From a virus (taxonomy: Duplodnaviria > Caudoviricetes), in the IMG/VR virus record IMGVR_UViG_3300037045_000315, positions 1 to 30,060 of that record: DNA of 30,060 nt. One strand, written 5' to 3'. Below the pieces are notes generated by a model that saw only the letters and a list, made by a program, of their open reading frames with translations, did no database searches and was not told the origin of the DNA. Positions 16,181 through 24,702 of the stretch are shown here, in pieces. Position numbers and translations under genes: made by a program. Within the stretch, counting starts at the first letter, position 1, and the number at the start of each line of letters is the position of its first letter.

Positions 16181-18522
16181 TGATAAACGTAGGCACGTTG
16201 CTTTCCGTAAATCGGGAAGTATCGAGTTCCTGTTTTTGTTCCTTGGTATTTACCCCAACCCTCGATCTTCTGCATGATGGCGGTGATCCCATATGAGTCG
16301 TTCTTGCTGATCATGGCGGGGTCCTTGCCGTAGCATTCGCACCAGATTTCCATATTGCAGACCACGGTTCTCCTGAAGGTTCCCTTAACCGTCATGCCGC
16401 TGTCCTTCTCGGAAAGGAATGCTCGTCGTTCATAGAGGTCCATCGCATCCCAGTTCTCGGGAAGCAGGAAATCGAGGTAATTCCTGACGTAGCCCTCGCG
16501 GACATCGGTCTCCATGGCTTCGCTTTGGACTTCCTCCGCCTCGTTTAGAAAGTCTCCCTCGAGATATAGTTTTTCGCCTTTTTCCCAGATTGCCTTTGCT
16601 TCCGCCCAGAACTGGGTCCGATAGGCCTCGGAATATTGCCAGATTATCTTATGCCTAGCCAGGTTGGACTTGATGATCCAGTACCGGCGGTTGCCGGTGA
16701 TGTCGCGAAGGTACCCGTGCTCTCCGTTGACCGTCGCGATGATCACGCACTGGCGAGGGTGGCTTTCGACCACCTTGCCATAGCTTGGGCGGTATTGATC
16801 GTCGGATGTGGAGAAGAACGCCTTCACTTTCTCGATATCGGCTTTCTTTATTCCTGCCAGTTCCCCGATCTCTGCGATCCACACCCCCTGCAGCTTCTCC
16901 GCACCCGCCTTGGACTCCATATCGGCCAAAGAGAGGGTTTCAGAATAGTATTCACTACCCACCAGGTCCTTCACAATCGTACTCTTGCCGATACCTTGTT
17001 CGCCGTCGAGCACCAGGACGTTGTCGAACTTGGTTCCCGGATGGTAGATGCGGGCAACCGCGGCAGCGAAGGTTTTCCTGGTTATCTCCCTGACATAGGG
17101 AGTATCGTCGGCTTTCAGGTACTGGATGAAAAGCTCCTCGACCCTTGGTATGCCATCCCATGGCGGCAAGTCATTCAGATAGTCGCGGATGGGGTGGAAG
17201 TGACGGTCATCTGAGATTTTTGTGAACGACACATCGTGATTGCGGCTCGAGAAACACCCATAGCGGATATCGATGAGGGATTTCAGCTGGGCCGTATCGG
17301 CATCGCGCCAGAAGTTGTTTCCCACCGGCCTGTCCCATGGCATCTTGGATATGACTTGGATGCGCCCGGCAAGATCATTGAAGGCAAACCCCGCGAGATC
17401 CGGATCGTTGTCTAGGATCAGGTTCAGGTTCCACACGCAATTTTTGAGCACGGTACTCCTGGTCTCGTATACCAACCGTTTTTTCCAGTCATTTTCCGGT
17501 ACAAAGTCAGCTTCTGCTTCCACCCTGCGCTCATGAAGGATGAGCAACTTCACCCGCTCGTCCTTGCTTGCAAGTTCAGCCATGGCGTTGAATGATTTCT
17601 TTGGGTCATCATCCCCGAAGCGATGGATCCTCACCAGATCAAACGCGTTGAGCAGCTTGCCTGAGGCGGGGTCGGTAGCGTGATGTGAGTAGGCGAATTT
17701 GTCATCATAAATCACCACACCGGCACTGGAATCGGCAGGGATATAGTCGTACCTACCAGAAACAGTAGAAGGTTCATAGATATCTGAAAGAAATTGTTCC
17801 ATCGCTCCCTGGATGGTGTATGCCCGGCAAAAAGCTCCGATCACACCCGGTTTTTTCAGTGGGTCTTCTGCACTTCTTCCCGTGGCATTATGTACCATGC
17901 TTTCCCGGCTGGAAGTAGGCAGAAGCGAGCAGTCGTTCCAATGCGGGTGTGATGCGAGGTAGGTATCTGGATCAAGCCACGGACCATCGGATCTGAGGAA
18001 TATGAAATCTCCGTTTGATGGAGTGGTGGGCCAGTACATCAGCTGATGCGGGCGGTAGGAGCATTCATCGAATTGGTCGATTCCAAGGCTATCGGTATAG
18101 TACCGCGCGATCGCAATATACTCATCGGGCGTGACATCACGCATCATCGGTACGATGATCCTCGCTCGAGGAGCCTCGGAGGTATGACCATGCGTAGTAT
18201 AGAGGCATGCTGCGTACGAGCAGGACGTCTTGAATGATGAGATCAACTCTTGCGTTGCATGATCGGCATCGAGAGTGAGCATGGAGCGGCTTGCTACAGT
18301 TTCACGCTTTCTGCGGTTGTCTCTGAGCTGTCCTCCAACGAACCCACCTTTATCCTTGATGCGGTCTCGTTCTGTTTTTAGTAGTTTTGGGTATTCCTCC
18401 ACTGATTCTGTGGTGCGTATGGTTTTCGACAATCGCATGCAGAGTTCATCGAATGTCGTGGTCTTGTTTGTCCAGGTTTTCGCATAGCAGCTGTTGCCAT
18501 AGGCTATCGGTAGGTTACGCAT
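16102..18522 (-). CDS. Virulence-associated E (VirE/VapE) family primase-helicase
   Basis: Start refined to MRNLPIAYG after AAGGAG; GGFVGG, LDAD, YTTH primase-like N-terminus; Walker A GEQGIGKS, TGNRRYW. Confidence 0.92.
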   Translation of the reverse strand: MRNLPIAYGNSCYAKTWTNKTTTFDELCMRLSKTIRTTESVEEYPKLLKTERDRIKDKGGFVGGQLRDNRRKRETVASRSMLTLDADHATQELISSFKTSCSYAACLYTTHGHTSEAPRARIIVPMMRDVTPDEYIAIARYYTDSLGIDQFDECSYRPHQLMYWPTTPSNGDFIFLRSDGPWLDPDTYLASHPHWNDCSLLPTSSRESMVHNATGRSAEDPLKKPGVIGAFCRAYTIQGAMEQFLSDIYEPSTVSGRYDYIPADSSAGVVIYDDKFAYSHHATDPASGKLLNAFDLVRIHRFGDDDPKKSFNAMAELASKDERVKLLILHERRVEAEADFVPENDWKKRLVYETRSTVLKNCVWNLNLILDNDPDLAGFAFNDLAGRIQVISKMPWDRPVGNNFWRDADTAQLKSLIDIRYGCFSSRNHDVSFTKISDDRHFHPIRDYLNDLPPWDGIPRVEELFIQYLKADDTPYVREITRKTFAAAVARIYHPGTKFDNVLVLDGEQGIGKSTIVKDLVGSEYYSETLSLADMESKAGAEKLQGVWIAEIGELAGIKKADIEKVKAFFSTSDDQYRPSYGKVVESHPRQCVIIATVNGEHGYLRDITGNRRYWIIKSNLARHKIIWQYSEAYRTQFWAEAKAIWEKGEKLYLEGDFLNEAEEVQSEAMETDVREGYVRNYLDFLLPENWDAMDLYERRAFLSEKDSGMTVKGTFRRTVVCNMEIWCECYGKDPAMISKNDSYGITAIMQKIEGWGKYQGTKTGTRYFPIYGKQRAYVYQGTEQPTERSKPVPELVPLDYDAIPF

Positions 18523-18584
18523 ATCGCATGCTCCTTGGTAGGTGGGTAGAGAGTTTTCATTACGTATAGACACTCCTTACCTAC

Positions 18585-18603
18585 CACCGAGAAATCGTAC
18601 CCC
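18585..18603 (-). promoter_or_regulatory. Conserved 19-bp motif copy upstream of the primase-helicase
   Basis: GGGGTACGATTTCTCGGTG; matches copies at 24603-24621 and 28443-28461. Confidence 0.6.
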
Positions 18604-18749
18604 TGACTATGGGTACTGCATATTCATTGATGGATGCATTTTTCTTTTGGGCGTATTCTAATTCTTGGAAATATTTAACTTGTAATTCATTCTGCGCTGT
18701 GTGAATAATGAGCATGGTAGCAATTTTATCTTGAGGGTATAGAAAGAGT

Positions 18750-19217
18750 ATGTTGTATATAAATGACATTATGAAATTCTTAGAGAGTGAAAAAGAATTT
18801 GCAGGACAATTAGATGGAATACTTTCTACTTGGGATAGTACGCAAGAGATAAAAGAGGCAAAAGAAAAATGTCTAATATCCTACGAGCAACAAGATCCAG
18901 GGACTCTACTGATAAAGATAGGATTTGATGAATATATAATAGACTTCAATATTGTCTATAGAGAATCTCCAAGCCTGACTTCCTCCTATAATGAGGGATA
19001 TGTTGAGATTTCATTTTTCAAGTTGAATAGAAACCGATTGGAAGTTATTTCCGATTACATAGAAATTGGTAAAAGAATAATATTAGGGCGAAATGGAAAG
19101 CTATATGATGAAAGCAATAAAAAGTTGTTTCATCAATTTGATTTGAAAACTCCTCAAGGGATTTTTATGGTATTGATGGAAAGAATAATTATGGAAAAAG
19201 AATTCACTAGGGGATGA
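18750..19217 (+). CDS. Hypothetical protein (AT-rich cargo)
   Basis: 155-aa ORF coupled to the next gene; no recognisable motif; start may be ATG 18771. Confidence 0.65.
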   Translation: MLYINDIMKFLESEKEFAGQLDGILSTWDSTQEIKEAKEKCLISYEQQDPGTLLIKIGFDEYIIDFNIVYRESPSLTSSYNEGYVEISFFKLNRNRLEVISDYIEIGKRIILGRNGKLYDESNKKLFHQFDLKTPQGIFMVLMERIIMEKEFTRG

Positions 19218-19220
19218 TTT

Positions 19221-19871
19221 ATGGATATTATCATTTTCAAACTAGCGATCCTTCTAATTCCAGGTTTTGTTTCACTCCATATAATTAAAACATTCTCGGG
19301 TATGCCTCTCAAGGAGAGAAGGTCTCTGACAACGTATGATTTCCTTTTGATACTGTTATTTAGTCTTTTTAGCTCCGCAATATTTGATCTATTCACGAAA
19401 ATCCCTTTTATCAGATCAACTACGACTTTTAGTATGTTCGAATGGATAGTTCATTTTGATGAGGGTTCTGGCAACCCTTTTACGGTAATGACATTCATTT
19501 GGCTATTGCTGATAAATACGCTACTCGGATTGTTTTTCGTACTTATGGATTATCATCGATTATTTTACAAATTACTTTCAAAATTGAAATTATCCAATAT
19601 TTTTGGCAGAGAAGACATTTGGACCGACTATACCGGACATATAGTAATCAATGAATGGGTCGCTATACGGGATTTCTCAAAGAATCATCTGTATATTGGT
19701 TCCATCTATATGGCTTCAGATTCTTTTGAACCGAGAGAGCTAGTTTTAAAAGATGTCAAAGTATATACGCTTAAAGATGAATGCAAATTGCTCTATGAAA
19801 CAAAAATTTTATACTTACCTCTTATGAATAGAGAGTTTACTATTGAAATTCAGGGTGCACAAGAATTGTAA
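19221..19871 (+). CDS. Membrane protein, DUF6338-like
   Basis: LLIPGF N-terminal TM, three TMs, DIW, Y.G.I..SD...RELVL.DV.VY beta-rich C-terminus. Confidence 0.65.
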   Translation: MDIIIFKLAILLIPGFVSLHIIKTFSGMPLKERRSLTTYDFLLILLFSLFSSAIFDLFTKIPFIRSTTTFSMFEWIVHFDEGSGNPFTVMTFIWLLLINTLLGLFFVLMDYHRLFYKLLSKLKLSNIFGREDIWTDYTGHIVINEWVAIRDFSKNHLYIGSIYMASDSFEPRELVLKDVKVYTLKDECKLLYETKILYLPLMNREFTIEIQGAQEL

Positions 19872-19886
19872 AGGACGGTGACAATA

Positions 19887-20057
19887 ATGGCAGAAACAAA
19901 CAAAGAGCGTAAGCCAAGCAATCATGATCGTGGTTCAAAAAATAACAAAGGGAACCATATCATTTCCGAGAATACAAACGGGGATTTTCGTCGTGGCAGG
20001 ATAATAAACATTAATTCACCTACAACAAAACCATCAGAACCGAAGCCAAGCAAGTAA
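19887..20057 (+). CDS. Small hydrophilic peptide (56 aa), not in the ORF track
   Basis: MAETNKERKPSNHDRGSKNNKGNHIISENTNGDFRRGRIININSPTTKPSEPKPSK; SD-like AAGGACGGTG upstream. Confidence 0.55.
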   Translation: MAETNKERKPSNHDRGSKNNKGNHIISENTNGDFRRGRIININSPTTKPSEPKPSK

Positions 20058-20427
20058 CAAAATAGTATTTTTTCGTTCATCCAAATGCTCTGGTACCCCA
20101 TATTCTTCGTTACATCCCTTTAATGTTAAATAGGTAGAGTCTGTTCATTGTTTGGTTTTTTTCCTTATCTCTACCACGAGGAAGCGTACGCTTAAAATTC
20201 CTATTACGAAAAGCCTTACATTCTGATGTGTCGTCACGTACGAATTGGGCTTTTATATTATGGCGAAAGATATTGCCGAAAAAATTGGGAATGATATTTA
20301 TGGTCCTATCAGTGAAACTGTTGGTGTATCGGGTGTATTGGAAAATTGACTGACGACAGTGCGTGATTTACTGGATACCAAGACCGACATACAATAGAAT
20401 AAACTTACAACCCAAAGGGAGATTAAT

Positions 20428-21270
20428 ATGGCAGTTTTTTCAATCGACCCTTCTATCGATAAACTTGTCCATGATGAGTCATCCATTTTTAACTATTTGA
20501 CGTCTGAAGTGCTTCTTGATAAAGTCCTTGGAAAAAAACGACTTAGGTTTAAGAAGTTGACCTTAACCAATGACCCTTATGAGTATACCCATATCACTGC
20601 ATACTCTGCACCCTATGGCCATGATGAGAACCAAGGGGGAAATCCCTTCTATATGGAAACTGTTCGATGTATAGCGGATCTGCGGAATAAGATGTGTATC
20701 GGATGTTTCTGCCGTAATGAAGATCAATCAGAAAGCTTCTTCCATCCTGAAAGTGGTGAAGTGTATTATGCTCAATCTGGGTATCAACATTCGAGAATGT
20801 GGTCCCAATACGGGGAAGACCATAAAGGAGCCTGTATTGTTCTTGACAAATACTCACTGATAAATGAGTTGCAGGAAAAATTTAAACATGAGTTGTTTTT
20901 TGCTGATGAGACTAGGTACAAACAAGGTCAGTTGTTCCTCCCTGAATCTGAAGAGCTTGATTCTTTCAGACATCTAAAACCAGATCAGGCAGCCATTCAA
21001 TATTTCTTAGAAGATAAGCATAGGATGAAACTACTGTTCACAAAGGACATAGACTATGAGCGTGAAAAAGAATTTCGTATTGCTTTTTATTCTGAGCACG
21101 ATTATGAGTATGCGAGTCTCAACGCATTGAAAGCTATTATTCTTGGACATCGATTCCCCAAAGACAAAGTATCAGAGGTAGATGAGATTGGAAGATCTTT
21201 AGGAATTGCAGTTCTTAAAATCAACTACTTTGGAAACACAGCGCATTTGATTCAAGTCCACCGTTCATGA
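20428..21270 (+). CDS. DUF2971 domain protein (cargo)
   Basis: NDPYE, CF, MWSQYGEDHKGACI, K..DY..EKEFRI and IILG motifs. Confidence 0.78.
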   Translation: MAVFSIDPSIDKLVHDESSIFNYLTSEVLLDKVLGKKRLRFKKLTLTNDPYEYTHITAYSAPYGHDENQGGNPFYMETVRCIADLRNKMCIGCFCRNEDQSESFFHPESGEVYYAQSGYQHSRMWSQYGEDHKGACIVLDKYSLINELQEKFKHELFFADETRYKQGQLFLPESEELDSFRHLKPDQAAIQYFLEDKHRMKLLFTKDIDYEREKEFRIAFYSEHDYEYASLNALKAIILGHRFPKDKVSEVDEIGRSLGIAVLKINYFGNTAHLIQVHRS

Positions 21271-21281
21271 TTGATAATAAT

Positions 21282-21707
21282 TTATTTTATGGTTGTAACA
21301 TCTTGGCAATCACTGCCGAAAAATCTCACCTTGTATCCCTTGCAACGAGCCCTATCAATCTCAATTTGCATTCCTGTACTAATTCGTTCACCAAACACCC
21401 AAACCTCCGAACATTTGCTCATGAGCACAATGCCAAAGAACATGCCCAGATCGCGTTCGCTCTGAAGCCCGTCATCAAGAAATTGGGGGTAGAGCAGGTG
21501 AGGGGTTATCGGAAGATAACCTTTCTCGACAGCGAATCGGCTATAACGCCGGGCATGGAAAACATTCTCTTCGATATTTCCAGCATATGGAGAGCAGATA
21601 TATACTATGGGATGATAATCAAAATGTGGTCTAGCTTGTTTCTCAATAGCCTTCATGGCCTCATAGGGGGTCCTATCCATATATCCTTCCTTGTTGCGTA
21701 TATTCAT
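21282..21707 (-). CDS. DUF4406-like (nucleoside deoxyribosyltransferase-fold) phage protein
   Basis: VYICSPYAG, PHLLYPQF, KCSEVWVFG..ISTGM..EI. Confidence 0.8.
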   Translation of the reverse strand: MNIRNKEGYMDRTPYEAMKAIEKQARPHFDYHPIVYICSPYAGNIEENVFHARRYSRFAVEKGYLPITPHLLYPQFLDDGLQSERDLGMFFGIVLMSKCSEVWVFGERISTGMQIEIDRARCKGYKVRFFGSDCQDVTTIK

Positions 21708-21709
21708 AT

Positions 21710-24583
21710 TCAGTCCTTCTTGTAAAATTTGGTCTCAAAGCCATCCGCATTGAGCAGCAATCCATCCGCCCAATGAGGGACAATGGCCATCGATGTCTCT
21801 ATGCTCTGGAGGTTGATGTCCTGGGATGCCTCGATGACCACCTCGTCATGGATGTGCATCACGATGTGGCACCCGGCGGCTTCGAGTTGCTGCGTGGCAT
21901 GGCACAACAGGTCGCGGCTGATTGCCTGGATTATGTTTTCGACCAATTTTCCACCAAATGTATCGATACGTTCCCATTTCTTGGTAGTTCCCACGCCCTC
22001 ATAGGTAACGCAGTCGCTACCAAACATATTGGTACCCATCCGAGGCTTCACGTATGCAAGCCTTCTGCCCGACGGCAGAGTGATGAACAGAAAGCCGCTC
22101 TCATAGGAGAACCTGATCCCATGCGTACTGGTTGCGGTCTTGTTCCGTATCGCCTGCTTCACCGCCTCATCCACGTCCCACCAAAACCTGACGATGTTCG
22201 GATTCGATTGGCGCCAGGCATCAACTAGGGGCTTGAGCTCACCTTCGGTCATGCCGGACTCGAGTGCTCCCATAGCCTTGAGCGCTCCGACTGAACCTCC
22301 GTATCCGCAGTTGTGCACAAGGACCCCTGATACGGTAAAACGGTGATGTCTTCCGGTATTTCGTATGTCATAAAGTCCAACCGTGCGCTGATTATTCGCC
22401 AGTTTTTTCTTCTCTCCGTAACAGCCTTCATGGCGTCCGCGATGATGCGATTTCTGTTTGCACCGACAGAAAGCTTTCGGATCACCACCGGATACGAATA
22501 CGGCCAATGTATCTGCTTGAATTCGCTGAGGACAGTATTGCGCTTGTTTCGGTTGTTTTCCTTGTGGGTTGCGAAGCGCAAGTTGCCTACTTTGTAATCC
22601 TTGTCGTTGTCGATGCGATCGATCTCCATCTCCTTGTCCGGCAGTCCGAATTCGCCTATGAGGTACAATCCGGCCTCCTTCACACTGGAAAAGGCAAAGC
22701 GGATGCCCCGTGCACCGTAATTGTGATACCCACCATCCTTCAGATTCTCGCATCGCTGCTTCGCGGCCGTGAGTCTGCGATCGAGCCACATCGGAATCGC
22801 CCTTGGCTGGGAACAACGCTGGCATCCCTTTGATTTTCCCCGCGTCAAGTTCGAAAGAACCTGCCATTGGATGCTCAGGCATCCCACACACTGGGTAAGT
22901 ACATAACAATGGTTCATCTTGGCACTCCATCGTTTTTCTGGCGATATTATCCGCACCCACCCGAATTGCTTTCCCACTATCTCCGGTTTGTACGAGACGT
23001 GAGCCGCAGGTGGCGGCGATTCCAAGGTGTACCGGCTCCGATTTCCCCTCGATCCATACGAGATGGTCTGCTGTTGCTGTAAGTCCTCCATAGGTGATTA
23101 CCTCCCTCTTTCCTTTGTAGACGACACCCCCATGCGATACCCAGTTCTCACCATCCCACAGCAGATGATCGGTCGTGACTTGCTCGATCGGCACCAAGCC
23201 TTGGTCGGTGAGCACCATCTGGCCCTCTGCGATGCAGGCGAGCTCGGCCTGCTTGCCCTTCTGCCTCAGGTGTCCGTTCTCCCCATGCTTGGTCACCGTA
23301 CAGTGGAACATGCGCGATGCAGTGGCGCAGTAGATGTCACCATTGTTTGCAAAAACCTCCATACGCCAAGTCTCCCCTGCAAGCCATGATAGAACCCTTG
23401 CCTCAATTGCTGAGAAGTCCGATACGATGAACCTATATCCTTTCCTTGGAATAAAGGCGGTCCGAACGAGCTGGGAAAGTGTATCGGGCACATCGCCATA
23501 GAGCATCTTCACAGCTCCGTAATCTCCGCTTTTCACCAATGCCCTGGCAGTACCGAGATCCTCAAGATGGTTCTGGGGTAGATTTTGCATTTGTATCAAT
23601 CTGCCGGAAAACCTTCCGGTACGATTTGCCCCATAGAACTGGAACATACCACGTGCACGGTTATCGGAGCAGACAGCATTTTCCATCGCCTGATACTTCT
23701 TCACAGATGACTTGGCAAGCTGCAGCCTGAGCTCGAGCACTTCCTGGACCTGACGGGGGGCGTCCTTCAACGCAGCCTTTACATCCTTTTTGCCCAGCGA
23801 ATCAATCTCGAGGCCGTTCTCTGAAAGCCAGATTTTCACTTGGGAAACCGAGTTCGGGTTCTCAAGATCGGTGAGCTCCTTCATCCGAGTGACGAGCTCC
23901 TGTCTAGAGAAGTTATCCATTCCGATGGCATGTTTCACCAACTCCCTGTCGATCAACACACCCCGGTCGTTGATGCGCTGATCCAGATGATACTCGTCCC
24001 ATATGGAGTCGGGTACGGGGAATCTGGCCAGGCGACTGTGGATTGCTAGTTCCACCTCGACATCACGTTTGTTGTACTCGAAAAACTGCTCCCATTTGTC
24101 AGGGGCATCAGCAGCCTTGTTCCTTGTCCGTCCCCCATTGGCGATCGTCGGTGCACAAGGGGTGCAGAAGTAGCGGATCAGGTCCTTGCCCTCGGCGAGC
24201 TTCTGCTTCTCAAGCCCCAGGACAACCCCCACTCCCCTCAGCGATAGAGGCAACCCGAGGTATGCAGACCAGACCATCGTGCAGCGCCATGAGGTCGGGT
24301 CCAGATACGTTCCGGTGGACAGTCCCAGATGGCGAGAAAGGCAGATTCGCTCAAAGGCGGCATTGAACGCCCATTTTACCACGCTGGCATCTGTGAGCGC
24401 TTCGGTAATCTCATCGGGAATCTTTTCACCCCGTGCGAGATCTACTACCTGTACCGGTCCGCCATCGACGCTGTAGCCGAACAGAAGGACCTCGAAGTCC
24501 TCAGCTTCGCTATATCGGTAGATTCCGCTCTTAAGCAGGTTCACCGATGAATATGTCTCAAGATCGATTCCCATAAATTGCAT
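21710..24583 (-). CDS. Phage family A DNA polymerase precursor containing an intein (957 aa; 648 aa after splicing)
   Basis: DLETYS exonuclease motif, TGRFS..QNLP, motif A DFSAIEAR, motif B RQKGKQAELA/CGYG split by the intein, motif C IHDE. Confidence 0.95.
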   Translation of the reverse strand: MQFMGIDLETYSSVNLLKSGIYRYSEAEDFEVLLFGYSVDGGPVQVVDLARGEKIPDEITEALTDASVVKWAFNAAFERICLSRHLGLSTGTYLDPTSWRCTMVWSAYLGLPLSLRGVGVVLGLEKQKLAEGKDLIRYFCTPCAPTIANGGRTRNKAADAPDKWEQFFEYNKRDVEVELAIHSRLARFPVPDSIWDEYHLDQRINDRGVLIDRELVKHAIGMDNFSRQELVTRMKELTDLENPNSVSQVKIWLSENGLEIDSLGKKDVKAALKDAPRQVQEVLELRLQLAKSSVKKYQAMENAVCSDNRARGMFQFYGANRTGRFSGRLIQMQNLPQNHLEDLGTARALVKSGDYGAVKMLYGDVPDTLSQLVRTAFIPRKGYRFIVSDFSAIEARVLSWLAGETWRMEVFANNGDIYCATASRMFHCTVTKHGENGHLRQKGKQAELACIAEGQMVLTDQGLVPIEQVTTDHLLWDGENWVSHGGVVYKGKREVITYGGLTATADHLVWIEGKSEPVHLGIAATCGSRLVQTGDSGKAIRVGADNIARKTMECQDEPLLCTYPVCGMPEHPMAGSFELDAGKIKGMPALFPAKGDSDVARSQTHGREAAMRESEGWWVSQLRCTGHPLCLFQCEGGRIVPHRRIRTAGQGDGDRSHRQRQGLQSRQLALRNPQGKQPKQAQYCPQRIQADTLAVFVSGGDPKAFCRCKQKSHHRGRHEGCYGEKKKLANNQRTVGLYDIRNTGRHHRFTVSGVLVHNCGYGGSVGALKAMGALESGMTEGELKPLVDAWRQSNPNIVRFWWDVDEAVKQAIRNKTATSTHGIRFSYESGFLFITLPSGRRLAYVKPRMGTNMFGSDCVTYEGVGTTKKWERIDTFGGKLVENIIQAISRDLLCHATQQLEAAGCHIVMHIHDEVVIEASQDINLQSIETSMAIVPHWADGLLLNADGFETKFYKKD
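22249..23091 (-). CDS. HNH-type homing endonuclease-like protein encoded in the +1 frame over the intein
   Basis: SD AGGGAGGT before ATG 23091; CVGC/CQRC zinc pairs, KQRCEN..Y.NYGARGI, EIDRIDND..Y..GNLRFAT..ENNRN. Confidence 0.85.
   Translation of the reverse strand: MEDLQQQQTISYGSRGNRSRYTLESPPPAAHVSYKPEIVGKQFGWVRIISPEKRWSAKMNHCYVLTQCVGCLSIQWQVLSNLTRGKSKGCQRCSQPRAIPMWLDRRLTAAKQRCENLKDGGYHNYGARGIRFAFSSVKEAGLYLIGEFGLPDKEMEIDRIDNDKDYKVGNLRFATHKENNRNKRNTVLSEFKQIHWPYSYPVVIRKLSVGANRNRIIADAMKAVTERRKNWRIISARLDFMTYEIPEDITVLPYQGSLCTTADTEVQSERSRLWEHSSPA
22310..23236 (-). mobile_element. Intein (309 aa, residues 450-758) in polymerase motif B
   Basis: Block A CIAEGQMVLT, block B TATADHLVW, block F LYDI, block G VLVHN followed by Cys+1; removal restores KQAELACGYGG. 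Confidence 0.93.
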
Positions 24584-24602
24584 GCATAGGCCTCCCGACT
24601 AA

Positions 24603-24621
24603 TACCGGGAAACCGTACCCC
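24603..24621 (-). promoter_or_regulatory. Conserved 19-bp motif copy upstream of the polymerase
   Basis: GGGGTACGGTTTCCCGGTA, located between a terminator and the SD GGGAGG. Confidence 0.6.
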
Positions 24622-24650
24622 AAAAAAACTGCAGCTCGAGAGAACTGCAG
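24622..24650 (-). terminator. Intrinsic terminator after the cargo lipoprotein gene
   Basis: Minus strand CTGCAGTTC-TCTC-GAGCTGCAG followed by TTTTTTT. Confidence 0.75.
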
Positions 24651-24702
24651 GCAGGGTGTATATGTTGCTTTGGAGCCAGGAGTATCTTTCCAGATTCCGC
24701 GC

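Noticed and set aside
22310-23091. Explaining the intein/HNH overlap as simple frameshift errors
   Set aside because: Both frames are stop-free across 782 nt, splicing motifs at both ends lie in the polymerase frame while overlapped by the second ORF, and that ORF has its own SD and ATG; disfavoured but not excluded without reads
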